This document shows positions 37,063-51,540 of a DNA stretch of 64,000 nucleotides, one piece after another. The position numbers were made by a program, and so were the translations under genes. The notes beneath the pieces are model-generated. The model was not told the origin of the DNA. It saw only the letters and a list, made by a program, of their open reading frames with translations, and ran no database searches. Position 1 is the stretch's first letter, and every line of letters begins with the position of its first letter. The DNA comes from Pirellulales bacterium (GTDB lineage: Bacteria > Planctomycetota > Planctomycetia > Pirellulales > Thermoguttaceae): positions 266,396-330,395 of the forward strand of contig CAWGAJ010000001.1 in NCBI GenBank assembly GCA_963820545.1, written 5' to 3'.

Positions 37063-37113
37063 CAGGCCGTGCTAGGATTATAATAACTTCTTGATTTAAC
37101 TCAAGTTGTCCGA

Positions 37114-37647
37114 TCATTTTCCTTGACAGCAAAATACAAGCCTATATAAACCTTGGGATCGACTAGTGATCCCTGCCGGCGCTTGTTTTGCAGCCAGGTT
37201 TCGACCTGGGTAAGCGGCACCAGATGCGACGTGTATATCTTCCGAATCGTCGCCACCGCCAGCGGCAACTTTTTTTGCCTTCAAAGCAAGATACATTGTA
37301 TAACGCTCATTAGTCAAACCGGGCGATGCGGGACCTTCGAGAAGTTGGTGCCAATTCTCAGAAACGCAGCCTGCTTCTTCCAGCAGTTCGCGCTGCGCAG
37401 CCTCGATCAAATCTTCTTCTTTTACGTCCGGGCCATCGCCCACCAGGCCCGCCGGCAATTCCACCACCCGAGCGCCTAAGGGCTGGCGATATTCTTCGAT
37501 CAGCACCATTTGCCCGTCAACGGTGACGGCGACGATTACTACCGCCCCGGACGTATTGGTGCGTTCGGCCCATTCCCAGCGACCTCGGGCGACTAAGCGC
37601 ACGTATTTGCCTTCGGCCAACACACGAAGTTTATTTTCTTTATCCAT
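37114..37647 (-). CDS. NUDIX hydrolase (ADP-ribose pyrophosphatase-like)
   Basis: Nudix box GLVGDGPDVKEEDLIEAAQRELLEEAG; the odd C-terminus suggests a possible frameshift near the 3' end. Confidence 0.7.
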   Translation of the reverse strand: MDKENKLRVLAEGKYVRLVARGRWEWAERTNTSGAVVIVAVTVDGQMVLIEEYRQPLGARVVELPAGLVGDGPDVKEEDLIEAAQRELLEEAGCVSENWHQLLEGPASPGLTNERYTMYLALKAKKVAAGGGDDSEDIHVASGAAYPGRNLAAKQAPAGITSRSQGLYRLVFCCQGK

Positions 37648-37664
37648 AAATTGGAAAACTTTTT

Positions 37665-38156
37665 TTATGAGTTCTTAGTATAATCATTTATCGCGCCGAT
37701 TGTACCAACTGTGGCCTTCACCACTTGGATATAATCCCTAGGGTCCAGGATGATTTGCAAGCCGCGTATTCCCGCCGAGACGGCAACCGCGTCGAACCTT
37801 TCCATGCTCGCGTCCACAAATACCGGATAATCCTTTTTGCAGGCCAGTGTGGTAACGCCGCCGCGCATGTAGCCTGTCAAGGGTTGCACCTCTTTCAATT
37901 GCACCAGTTCCACGCGCTTGTCGCCGCTCAGTCGGGCCAGGGCCTTGAGATCCACTTCGGCATCGCCGGGGACCACGGCCAACAAGACCCCATTTTTATC
38001 GCCCCGGGCGACCAGCGTCTTAAATACCTGGGCCAGGGGAAATCCGATTCCTTGTGCGACCTTCTCGGCCCCCAGGTCGTCGGGGTCAACTTCATAGGAA
38101 CGCGTCTCGTACTTGATGCCTAGTTTATCCAAAATCCGCGTGGCGTTGGTCTTCAT
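37665..38156 (-). CDS. ybaK: Cys-tRNA(Pro) deacylase (YbaK/EbsC family)
   Basis: MKTNATRILDKLGIKYE..LKALARLSG, a YbaK-like fold; start at the second Met. Confidence 0.7.
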   Translation of the reverse strand: MKTNATRILDKLGIKYETRSYEVDPDDLGAEKVAQGIGFPLAQVFKTLVARGDKNGVLLAVVPGDAEVDLKALARLSGDKRVELVQLKEVQPLTGYMRGGVTTLACKKDYPVFVDASMERFDAVAVSAGIRGLQIILDPRDYIQVVKATVGTIGAINDYTKNS

Positions 38157-38157
38157 G

Positions 38158-41228
<3,071 letters not shown>

Positions 41229-41292
41229 AAAAAACTGCTTCCTGTCAACGTAAAAAACTGCTTTCTGTCAACTGTTTTTTGGCTGTTTCAGG

Positions 41293-42890
41293 TCAAAAAC
41301 CTAGCTGTTGCCAATCGTTTTCTTTTTCTTCATCTTTGCACAATTTATACTCAAAACTGTCGACCAGGGCGATCCAGCTTGCCTCGATGATATTTTCGCT
41401 CACGCCCACGGTGCCCCAGACGTCGTCTTCATCCTGGCTTTCGATAATCACGCGCACGCCGGCGGCCGTGGCGGCCTCGGAGTTGATTACCCGCACTTTA
41501 TAATCGACCAGGTGCAATTTGGCTAGATTAGGAAAACTGCCGTTAAGGGCTTTTCGCATGGCGGCGTCCAGGGCATTGACCGGACCATCGCCTTCGGCCA
41601 CCTCGTGCCGGATCACTGTCTCCGATGCGGATTTTCACCCTGGCCTCGGAGCGGATCTGGCCGTCGGCGTCGTTTTCGATGTTTACGTGATAGCTTAATC
41701 GCTCGAAATGCGGCCGGAACGTGCCCATGCACTTGCGCACCAGCAGGTCGAACGAGGCGTCGGCGGCCTCGAACTGGTATCCGGCGTTCTCCAGGGAAAC
41801 CACCTTTGCCAGGATTTGATCCATGAGTTTCGAATCGGATGGGATATTATGCCGGGCGGTCAAGGCGGCGATATTCGACGCGGCCCGACAGTTCGCTCAC
41901 CAAAATCCGGCGTTCATTGCCCACCAGTTGCGGATCGATGTGCTCGTAACTGGCCGTATTCCTGGCAATCCGCTGACGTGCATGCCGCCCTTATGGGCGA
42001 AAGCGCTCTTGCCCACAAACGGCTGATTCGCGCGGAAGTTCATGTTCACCATCTCGTAAACGAACCGCGAAAGCTCGGTCAGGTGGCTAATGCCGCCTGG
42101 TTCTGAGCACCTGATAACCTTGTTTCTTGAAGGCCAGATTGGCGATGACCGAAATCAGATCGACGTTGCCGCAGCGTTCGCCAAAGCCGTTGACCGTGCC
42201 CTGAACCTGCACTGCTCCCGCATCGACGGCGGCCAGCGAGTTGGCCACGGCCAGGTCGCAGTCGTTGTGCGCATGGATGCCCACCGGCACGGGCAAGGCA
42301 GCGACTGCCGCCCCGGTTATTGCGGCGATTTCCTCGGGCATGCTGCCGCCGTTGGTGTCGCAAAGCACGACCATTTTCGCACCGGCCCCCGCGGCGGCGA
42401 GGATCGCTTTGCAGGCGTATATCCGCGTCGGCCTTCCAGCCGTCGAAGAAATGTTCGGCGTCGAAAATCACCTCGCGCCCGGCGTTTTTCAGATAGGCCA
42501 CGCTCTCGGCAATCATCTGCAGATTCTCCTCCAGCGTGGTCTGAATGACCTCGGTGACATGAAAGGCCGATGCCTTGCCCACCAGCGTGATCACCGCGGA
42601 GCTGCGAGTCGAGCAAAGCCCGCAGTGCCGGGATCGTCTTCCACTTTGACGCCCCGGCGCCGCGTCATGCCGAATGCGCAGACCTTCAGATGCTTGAGAT
42701 CCAACTCGCGGACCCGCTGAAAGTATTGCGCGTCCTTTTCGTTCGACGCCGGATAGCCGCCCTCGATGAAATCAAAGCCGATGTCGTCCAGGCGCTTGGT
42801 CAGTTCCAGCTTGTCGAGCAGTGAAAAACTGATCCCCTCGGCCTGAGCGCCGTCGCGGAGCGTGGTATCGTAAATTTCAATGTGTGGCAT
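41293..42890 (-). CDS. 2-isopropylmalate / citramalate synthase family protein (multiple apparent frameshifts)
   Basis: N-terminal [19 protein letters not shown]; catalytic LCDTNGG and HAHND; C-terminal LeuA-dimer regulatory domain; spread over four or more ORFs. Confidence 0.7.
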
Positions 42891-42892
42891 AA

Positions 42893-43030
42893 TCGCACCT
42901 TAGAGGTCGGAGGTCAGGGGTCAGGAATTAGCAGCAGATGGTTCATAGGAGGTGGTTTTCGGTTATCAGTTCTCAGTTTTCAGTTATGTGTTAATCTTTT
43001 TTCTCATCACTCCCTGACCTCTGACCTCTA
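42893..43030. repeat. inverted-repeat pair (GAGGTCGGAGGTCAGGGGTCAGG / CCTGACCTCTGACCTC) flanking a TCAGTT repeat
   Basis: read directly; intergenic between the leuA-family gene and aceF. Confidence 0.5.
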
Positions 43031-43205
43031 GTTAATAAAAAAACCCCAAGGCCGTTTTGGCCTCAGGGCTTGGACTGATCGGTTATACACCGGAAGCCCT
43101 CAGGCCGCGTTACCCAATAATAATGACAACTACTACGCCCACAAAGACGTGTATTTTGCCAAATATCGGGTTTGCGACCAAGGTAAACATCTTCCGGCAG
43201 TTTGG

Positions 43206-43255
43206 TTAAATGTCCCCTCTCCCTCTGGGAGAGGGCCAGGGTGAGGGTGTTTAAT
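43206..43255. repeat. dispersed repeat GTCCCCTCTCCC-TCTGG-GAGAGGG..AGGGTGAGGGTG
   Basis: two further copies at 47493..47600. Confidence 0.55.
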
Positions 43256-43358
43256 TAAGGTCGTCCTTAATAGGCTTATCATTCAAATTTACGTGTTTAT
43301 ATGGCGACTGTCAACCGTGATACACCATTCTTTTGGTGGGGGGTATATTTCAAGTACC

Positions 43359-44648
43359 CTACATTGCCAGCAATAGTTTGCCGGGGTTTTGCAGCAGATC
43401 GATCACTTCGTTGAGGAAGCGGCCGGCCATGGCGCCGTCGACCAGGCGATGATCAAAGGAAAGGCTCAACGGCAGCATCAGGCGGATTTCGATTTTATCT
43501 TCGCGCACCACGGGCAGCCAGCGCGAGCGGCCTAAAAGCAGAATCGCCACTTCAGGATGATTGATGATCGGCGTGCTGTAAGTACCGCCGATTGCACCGA
43601 GATTGCTTATCGAAAATGTGCCGCCGCGCAGATCGTCCACGGTAAATGCCGCGCTGCGGGCCTTTTGGGCCAAGGCGTTCAGTTGCGAGGCGATGTGCGG
43701 GATGCTCAGCCGGTCCACGTTGCGCAAGGCTGGCACCACCAGTCCGCGCGGCGTATCGACCGCCACGCCGATATTAATGTATTGCTTGTAGATCACCTCT
43801 TCCTTCTCGTCGTCGATGCTGGCATTAAGCGCCGGGTGTTGCTGCAAGGCCATGGCCACGGCCTTAAGCACAAAGGGCATGGCCGTAAGTTTGATCCCTT
43901 CGCCAAGATATCCTTGCGGAATGTTTTTGCGAAGATGTTCCAAATCGGTCACATCGGCGTCGTCGAAATTCGTTACATGCGGGATGGTCGTATAAGATTT
44001 CACCATCTGGGCGGCAATTGTGCGGCGGATTTTGCTCATCTTGTCGCGGCGCACTGGCCCCCAATTGTCCGTGCCCGATTCACCTGGCGGTAAAACCCGC
44101 TGCGCAATACCTGCACCCGCCTGGGCCGCTGGGGGTTGTGCTTGCGGCATTGTCGCTGCGGCCTTAACGTCTTCGGGCGTGATCCTGTTGCGCACTCCAC
44201 TGCCCGTTACTTGACGCAGATCGACCCCCAACTCCCGGGCCAGACGGCGCGCCGCCGGCCCGGCGGGAATCAGGTCTTCCCCGACCGGCACCTCAGGCGC
44301 AACGGCTTTGCCTGCGCTGGGTGCTGCTGCCGCTTGCGGTTTAGCAGTGTTTGATTGTGCGGCAACTGGCTCGGCCGACTTTGGCGCTACAGGGGCAGCG
44401 GGCACTTCCACTTCGGCCTCGATCGTCAATAGCGTCTGGCCGACCTTGATTGTCTCGCCCTTTTGCACGTGAATCTGGACTACTTTACCGGCGTACGGGC
44501 AGGGGATTTCCACGACGGCCTTATCGGTTTCCAGTTCCAAAACGCCGTCATTGGCCGCGATCACGTCGCCTTCGTGCACCAGTACATTGACGATGTCGCC
44601 GCTTTCCACGTTTTCGCCGAGTTCGGGAAGTTTGAATTCAATGCTCAT
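43359..44648 (-). CDS. aceF: dihydrolipoamide acetyltransferase (E2) of a 2-oxo-acid (pyruvate) dehydrogenase complex
   Basis: lipoyl domain ETDKAVVEIP; E3-binding segment; catalytic DHRLVDGA. Confidence 0.85.
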   Translation of the reverse strand: MSIEFKLPELGENVESGDIVNVLVHEGDVIAANDGVLELETDKAVVEIPCPYAGKVVQIHVQKGETIKVGQTLLTIEAEVEVPAAPVAPKSAEPVAAQSNTAKPQAAAAPSAGKAVAPEVPVGEDLIPAGPAARRLARELGVDLRQVTGSGVRNRITPEDVKAAATMPQAQPPAAQAGAGIAQRVLPPGESGTDNWGPVRRDKMSKIRRTIAAQMVKSYTTIPHVTNFDDADVTDLEHLRKNIPQGYLGEGIKLTAMPFVLKAVAMALQQHPALNASIDDEKEEVIYKQYINIGVAVDTPRGLVVPALRNVDRLSIPHIASQLNALAQKARSAAFTVDDLRGGTFSISNLGAIGGTYSTPIINHPEVAILLLGRSRWLPVVREDKIEIRLMLPLSLSFDHRLVDGAMAGRFLNEVIDLLQNPGKLLLAM

Positions 44649-44772
44649 GATCGGTGATTTAATTAACCTGTCTTATTTAGCCCCGGGTGCATACACCCGG
44701 GGCAACAATATATTATCAATACGTATTTACCCGCCGTGTATTCACGGCGGGCTAAATTAAAATATCCGAAAT

Positions 44773-47496
44773 TTATACAAACATGGGATTTGGTTTATTT
44801 GGATCCAGCCCTAAGGTTGCGATGGCCGCAACGAGTTTTTCTTGAGGAAATTGCCCCTTTTCAACCAACTGGCAAAGTGCCGCCAAAGCGATGCTTTCGG
44901 CATCGACTTCAAAGAAGCGGCGCAATTCCTCGCGGGCCTCGCTGCGCCCGAAGCCGTCGGTGCCCAGCACTGTGTAATCCGGGCCGACCCAACGGGAAAT
45001 GGCCAGCGGCACTGCACTGACATAATCCGAGGCGGCCACGATTGGCCCCGAGTCGCCCTCCATTGACTGGACAACGTATGGTACGCGAGGCGGCTCTTGC
45101 GCATGCAGGCGGTTCCAATGATCCACGTCACGGCCGTCTATGTAAAGTGCTTTATAACTCGTCACGCTGTACACCGTGCTGGAGACGCCGAATTGTTTTT
45201 CCAGCAGGTCTTGGGCCCTCAGTGCCTCGCGCAAGATGGCCCCGCTGCCGAACAGCCGCACTTTAGGCGCGTTCGGCCCCAGATCGCGCTGGGAGAGTTT
45301 ATAAATCCCGCGGCAGATGCCTTCGGTCGAGCCCATGGGCAGGATGGGCATCTCGTAGTTTTCGTTCATCAACGTGATGTAATAGAAGACGTCCTGTTCT
45401 TCGTAAAACATGCGCCGGAGGCCATCGAGCACGATCACTGCCATTTCGTAGGCGTAGCAGGGATCGTACGCGCAGGTTCGGATAGGCCAGGGCAAACAGA
45501 TGGCTGTTGCCGTCTTGATGTTGCAGGCCTTCGCCGGCCAGGGTGGTGCGACCGGCGGTGCCGCCCAGCACGAATCCGCGGCAGCGCATGTCGCCGGCCG
45601 CCCAGATCAGGTCGCCGATCCGCTGGAACCCGAACATCGAGTAATAGATGAAAAACGGGATCATGTTCATGCCGTGGCTGGAATGGGCGCTGCCGGCGGC
45701 GATGAACGACGACATCGAGCCGGCCTCGGTAATTCCTTCCTCGAGGATCTGGCCGTCTTTGGCTTCGCGATAATAAAGCACGTTGCCGGAATCGACCGGT
45801 TCGTAGAGCTGACCCACGTGCGAATAGATGCCCACCTGGCGGAAAAGCGACTCCATGCCGAACGTGCGGGCTTCGTCGGGCACGATGGGCACAATATAGC
45901 GGCCGATGTTCTTATCGCGCAGCAGGCGCGTCAGGAGCCTGACAAAGGCCATGGTGCTCGAAACCTCGCGCCCTTCGCTGCCGCCGAAAAACTCAGTGAA
46001 CTCTTCCCAATTGGGCGGCTTGAGTTTCCTGGTGGGCGAGCGCCGCCGCGGCACAAAACCGGCCAGGGCCTTGCGGTGCTCGCGGAGATATACCATTTCC
46101 GGACTCTCTGGGGGCGGTTTGTAAAATTCCGCGTGGGCGGCCGCTTCGTCGGAAATGGGAATATCAAAGCGGCGGCGGAATTCGATCAGTTCCTCCTCGT
46201 TGAGTTTTTTCTGTTGATGCGTGACGTTGCGCCCTTCGCCGGCCTCGCCCAGGCCGTAACCTTTGATCGTATGCGCCAGGATCACCGTGGGAGCGCCGCG
46301 ATGTTCCACGGCCGCTTTGTAGGCCGCGTAAACTTTGAGCGGATCGTGCCCGCCGCGGTTGAGTTTTACAATCTCCTCATCGCTTAAGTGGGCCACCATT
46401 TCTTTCAGGCGCGGATCAACGCCAAAAAAATGCTCGCGGATATAAGCCCCGGAACTGACCGTATATTTTTGGTACTGCCCATCGACAACCTCGCCCATGC
46501 GCCGGACCAAAAGGCCTTCTTTATCCTGGGCCAGAAGCGGGTCCCAGGCCGAGCCCCAAATCACTTTGATCACGTTCCAGCCCGCCCCGCGCAAGGCCCC
46601 TTCCAACTCCTGAATGATCTTGCCGTTGCCGCGCACCGGACCGTCGAGGCGCTGAAGGTTGCAATTGACCACAAAAATCAGGTTATCGAGCTGTTCGCGC
46701 GGCCAGGGTGATAGCCCCGAGGGTTTCGGGTTCGTCACACTCGCCGTCGCCTACAAAGGCCCAAACGCGCGAGGCCTCGGCGTCGGGCTTGATGCCCCGA
46801 TCGACCAGATAGTGATTGAACCGCGCCTGGTAAATCGCCATGATGGGGCCTAGTCCCATGGAGACCGTGGGAAATTCCCAAAAATCGGGCATCAGCCAGG
46901 GATGCGGATACGATGACAAACCGGGCTGGGACTGCAATTCGCGGCGAAAGTTTTTCAGATGATCTTCGCTCAGTCGGCCCAGCAGAAACGCCCGGGCGTA
47001 AATCCCCGGGGCGGCGTGTCCCTGAAAATAAACCTGGTCGGGCGGCAGCGGCCCTTCCTTGCCGCGGATAAAGTGATTGAACGCCACCTCGTACAATGTG
47101 GCTGCCGAGGCATAGGTGGAAATGTGCCCGCCAATGCCTGCACTCTCCTTGTTCGCCCGCACTACCATGGCCATCGCATTCCAGCGGATGATGCTTTTTA
47201 TTCGGCGTTCAATTTCGCGATCGCCGGGATATTCAGGCTGATCTTCCACGGGAATGGTATTGATATAAGGTGTGGTAGCCACGCCGGCATAACGCACATT
47301 GCGGGCAAAGGCACGATGCTTAAGCTGCGTCAAAAGATAAGCCGCGCGATTCGAGCCCCGCGCTGGAAATCACATAATCCAGGGCCTCGAGCCACTCCGA
47401 CGTTTCCCGGGGATCGGCGTCTTCGGTAAGCAAGGGAAAAAGCCCGCCGGGCAGCGTGCCGTCGGGGAATTTTCCCGGTTTTGTCTGATCTTTCAT
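44773..47496 (-). CDS. aceE: pyruvate dehydrogenase E1 component (homodimeric type), split by at least three apparent frameshifts
   Basis: end-to-end colinear with E. coli AceE (gene symbol recognised from known AceE), from [16 protein letters not shown] (E. coli PIETRDWLQAIESVI) through [15 protein letters not shown] and [17 protein letters not shown] to the C-terminus; frames 0/2/1/0. Confidence 0.8.
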
Positions 47497-47600
47497 AATC
47501 GTCCCCTCTCCCGCCAGGAGAGGGTTAGTATAATTGTCCCCTCTCCGGGCACCACGCAGTGGTCGGGGAGAGGGTTAGGGTGAGGGTGATAATCCTTGTT
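47493..47600. repeat. two tandem copies of the GTCCCCTCTCCC...AGGGTGAGGGTG repeat; the second carries a nested GGGCACC..GGTCGG insert
   Basis: read directly upstream of aceE. Confidence 0.55.
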
Positions 47601-47719
47601 CCCAGGCTCTGCCGGGGAACGAGAAGTTTACAACTTATCTAGTTATGGGATAATTATGTCCGACTAATAAGGTTTTATAAACCCTGGTAATTTCTCATAT
47701 TTTATTCACAAACTAATTT

Positions 47720-49090
47720 TTGACCATCGGCTTAAGGAGACAATTTGTGGCGGAACCGATCATCAGCGTTTCGGGATTGCGCGGCATTGTCGGCGAAACC
47801 CTTACTCCGGAGGTAGCCGTTCGCTATGCCGCGGCCTTTGCCGCCATTTTGCCGCCGGGCGATATTTTTATTGGCCGCGACAGCCGTCCGTCGGGCAAGA
47901 TGCTTTCGCAGGCGATTCAAGCGGGGTTGCAGGCCTTGGGACGTAACACCATCGACGGCGGCATCCTGGCCACGCCAACCACCGGCGTGCAGCTTAGGGC
48001 CTGCCGGGCAGCCGGAGGCATCCAAATCACTGCCAGCCACAATCCGTCACAGTACAACGGGCTGAAATTGTTTTCTTCTGAAGGAAGAGTTATTCCCTCT
48101 GGATTAGGCCAAAAGGTGCTCGATCGCTATCGAGCGGCCTCGGCCAACCGCGCAAGCCGCGACAAACCAGGCGTTAGTTCCTCGTGCGAAGATTCACTGA
48201 CGCCGCATCTATCGGCTATTTTGAATATCGTAGATGTATCTCGCATTCGCAAATGCCGCTTCCGCGTGCTCCTGGATGCCAACCATGGCGCCAGCGGCCC
48301 CCTGGGACGGCGATTGTTAGAGGAACTTGCCTGTCAGGTCACCATTCTTGGCGAAGAACCCAATGGACAGTTCGCCCATACGCCCGAACCCACGGCCGAA
48401 AATCTCGCCGGTGTGTTAAAGTCTGTTACCCAGTCCGGGGCCGATATCGGCTTCTGCCAGGATCCCGACGCCGACCGGCTGGGGATAATTGACGAAACCG
48501 GCCGCTACATCGGCGAGGAATACACCATGGTTCTTTGTGTGGACCATGTGCTGCGACAACGAAAAGGCCCGATTGTATCGAATTGTTCCAGCAGCCGGAT
48601 GTCCGAGGATTTGGCCGACAAATATGGCGTGCCGTTTTATCGCGCGGCAGTGGGCGAAGCCAATGTTGTGGATGCCATGCTGGCCCACAATGCGATCTTC
48701 GGCGGCGAAGGCAACGGCGGGCCCATCGATCCGCGCGTGGTATTGGTCCGCGACAGTTTCGTGGGCATGGCACTGATTTTAGATGCCCTGGCCGCCCGGC
48801 AGATGAAGATCAGCCAACTGGCCGACGAACTGCCGCACTATGAAATTGTGAAAACAAAAATCGCTCTGCCGCCGGAAAAAATTCCCGTTGCCTTAGACAC
48901 CTTGGAAAAACACTTCTCCGACGCCGTTGCTGATCGGCTGGACGGTCTGCGCCTGGATTGGCCCGGGCGCTGGCTTCTGGTGCGTGCCAGCAATACCGAG
49001 CCTATCGTTCGCGCCGTGGCCGAAGCCCCCACGGCAGCCGAAGCAGCCGAACTCTGTAAAACCGCAGCAGAAGTGCTGGCAAGAGTGTAG
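47720..49090 (+). CDS. phosphoglucosamine mutase-like (GlmM/ManB phosphohexomutase family)
   Basis: ISVSGLRGIVGETLT and the active-site TASHNPSQYNGLK; the true start is possibly GTG 47747, preceded by AAGGAG. Confidence 0.75.
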   Translation: MTIGLRRQFVAEPIISVSGLRGIVGETLTPEVAVRYAAAFAAILPPGDIFIGRDSRPSGKMLSQAIQAGLQALGRNTIDGGILATPTTGVQLRACRAAGGIQITASHNPSQYNGLKLFSSEGRVIPSGLGQKVLDRYRAASANRASRDKPGVSSSCEDSLTPHLSAILNIVDVSRIRKCRFRVLLDANHGASGPLGRRLLEELACQVTILGEEPNGQFAHTPEPTAENLAGVLKSVTQSGADIGFCQDPDADRLGIIDETGRYIGEEYTMVLCVDHVLRQRKGPIVSNCSSSRMSEDLADKYGVPFYRAAVGEANVVDAMLAHNAIFGGEGNGGPIDPRVVLVRDSFVGMALILDALAARQMKISQLADELPHYEIVKTKIALPPEKIPVALDTLEKHFSDAVADRLDGLRLDWPGRWLLVRASNTEPIVRAVAEAPTAAEAAELCKTAAEVLARV

Positions 49091-49150
49091 ACATGAACCC
49101 TCTCGAAGTTCATCGTTTCTTGCCCAGCCGGTCTGATATCCGTGCAATCA

Positions 49151-49585
49151 TCAATCAGCTTCGTCCACTCGGCGTCGGCGCTTCAGAGTTGCCTGACAGC
49201 GCTTTTGCGCAAGCCGGCGCTCTACCGAACCCAAGGTTGGTTTGGTGGGCCGTCGCGATTTGGGCGGTTTGGCCACGGCCAGCAACATGCGGCGGAGCTT
49301 TTCCAGACAATCGGCCAGATTGCGTGGGGCATCGCGAAACCGCTGGCTAACGATGAGCAAATCGCCCTGGCTTGTTATTTTTCCGCCGTACTTGGCCAAA
49401 AACCGACTGCGAACCTCCTCGGGCAGACTCGCGCTGTTGCGCACCGGCCAACGCAACGTGGCCTTGGTGCTGACTTTGTTGACGTTCTGCCCTCCGGGTC
49501 CGCCGCTGCGGGCATAGGTAATCGTGAACTCCCGCAGGGCAATTCGAAGCCGGGAGGTAACGATCAGTGTCTGGGACGATTTCAT
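49151..49585 (-). CDS. arfB: peptidyl-tRNA hydrolase ArfB (alternative ribosome-rescue factor B)
   Basis: GGQ motif SGGPGGQNVNKVSTKATLRW and a basic C-terminal tail; start set at MKSSQTLIV. Confidence 0.7.
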   Translation of the reverse strand: MKSSQTLIVTSRLRIALREFTITYARSGGPGGQNVNKVSTKATLRWPVRNSASLPEEVRSRFLAKYGGKITSQGDLLIVSQRFRDAPRNLADCLEKLRRMLLAVAKPPKSRRPTKPTLGSVERRLAQKRCQATLKRRRRVDEAD

Positions 49586-49671
49586 ATAATGACCCGAATT
49601 GCTTTCCCGCCGCCCTTCAGTTATTTTAATGAACATCCGGGATTAAAACGATACCTGCTCAATGATCTAGC

Positions 49672-51281
49672 ATGAGCTCTTTGCCCACAAAACATAGCGA
49701 AACCTGGTCCACGCAAATCGGCGTTATTATGGCCGTCACCGGCAGCGCCGTAGGATTGGGAAATTTTTTGCGTTTTCCCGGTTTGGCGGCAAAGTACGAA
49801 GGCGGGGTCTTCATGATCCCTTATTTTATCGCCTTTCTGCTCTTGGGCCTGCCGCTGGCCTGGGCCGAATGGGCCACCGGACGCTACGGCGGAGTGCGCG
49901 GATTCCATTCGGCGGCGGGCATTTATCGCACTATTCGCCGCGGCAAAATTTCCGCGTTTTTCGGGGCCCTGGCCCTGTTGGTGCCCGTGGGAATCTATAT
50001 GTATTACGTCTTTATTGAGGCCTGGTGTCTGGCCTATGCCTGGTACATGATTACAGGCCAACTGGCTTTGGGGCCGGACAAGTCGCAGTATATCGATTTC
50101 TTTAACCGCTTTGTCGGCGCCGGCCAGAACGGTTCGCTTTTCAGCAGTCAGGCGATGGGCCCCCTGGTCTTTCTGCTGATTTGCATTGGGCTCAATCTTT
50201 ATTTGGTTTATCACGGAATAACCAAGGGAATCGAATGGTGCTGTAGAATAGCCATGCCCGCTCTTGTGATCTGCGCCTTGTGGTACTGGCCCGGGTATTG
50301 ACCTTGGGCACGCCTGACACGGCCCAGCCCGAACTCAACGTGCTTAATGGTTTGGGATTCATGTGGAATCCGCACACCCAAACACAGGGCTTTTTCCAAA
50401 GCCTGGCAAACGTGCAAATGTGGATGGAGGCGGCCGGGCAGATCTTTTTCACCTTGGGGGTCGGTTTTGGCATCATTATCAACTATTCCAGCTATCTCAG
50501 AAAAAATGACGACATCGCCTTAAGCGGTCTGACGAGTTGCGCGGGCAATGAATTTTGCGAAGTGGCCCTGGGCGGATTGATCACCATTCCGGCGGCGTTC
50601 GTGTTTCTGGGGGCAAGCACGGTGGCGCAAACCTCCACGTCGAGCTTCAATCTGGGCTTTAAAACCCTGCCCATGGTCTTCCAATACATGCCCCTGGGCC
50701 AACTGGCGGGAACGCTTTTTTTCTTTCTCCTGTTTTTGGCGGCGATAACCAGTTCGGTGGCCATGATCCAGCCGGCCATTGCCTTGCTGGAAGAAGGCTT
50801 GGGCCTGAGACGCCATGCATCGGTTGCGGTTTTGGGTTTAGTGACGATCCTCGGCACGGGCTTTGTCGTTTTCTACTCCCAAGATTTATTGGCACTAAAT
50901 ACGATCGACTTTTGGGTAGGCACTTTTTGTATTTATGTATTAGCCACTTTCCAGGCCATTTTTTTCGGCTGGGTGCTGGGCATTGATCGCGGCATGAAAG
51001 AGCTGGATCGCGGGGCGGACATTCGCATTCCCCGGTTTTTTGCCTTCGTAATCAAATACATTTCGCCTTTGTATTTACTGACGATATTTGTACTGTGGTT
51101 CCGGCAGCAAATAACCACGGAAAGCGAAAACCAGTTCCAAGCCATCCTCAGCAATCGCGTGGTGTTCTTGTCGGTGATCTTTATGATTCTGCTGGGCATT
51201 TTCTGGGGGCTTGTGGTGTGGCGCTCCGTGAAGGGCTGGCAAGAGGCCGAAAAAACCGTGCACAAGGAGCCTTCTTCATGA
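49672..51281 (+). CDS. sodium-dependent NSS/SNF-family transporter, apparent frameshift near 50290
   Basis: GSAVGLGNFLRFPGLAAKYEGG.F.IPY NSS signature; continues in ORF 50280..51281. Confidence 0.7.
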
Positions 51282-51424
51282 CTATCGGCGGCTGGATCAT
51301 CATGATTTTGTCAGTGGGATTTGTCACCGGGTTGTTCGCCTGGTCCATATTGCGCGTAATGCGTTCATCCCACGTAGAAAAATTCGAGCACGTCCAAGAC
51401 GTGCCGTTTGTTGATCTGGAATAA
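51278..51424 (+). CDS. small membrane protein, putative NSS-transporter small subunit
   Basis: 48 aa MTIGGWIIMILSVGFVTGLFAWSILRV..., ATGA-overlapping the transporter stop. Confidence 0.4.
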   Translation: MTIGGWIIMILSVGFVTGLFAWSILRVMRSSHVEKFEHVQDVPFVDLE

Positions 51425-51540
51425 AGGGATTGGGGATTAGGGATTAGATTCTTCGTTTGAGGTTTAATTGTATTTTGCGCATGTTGTAAAGCCGCGACCA
51501 GTGGTCGCGGTTTGATTGCGGCCGAAGGCCGCTTTAGGGA

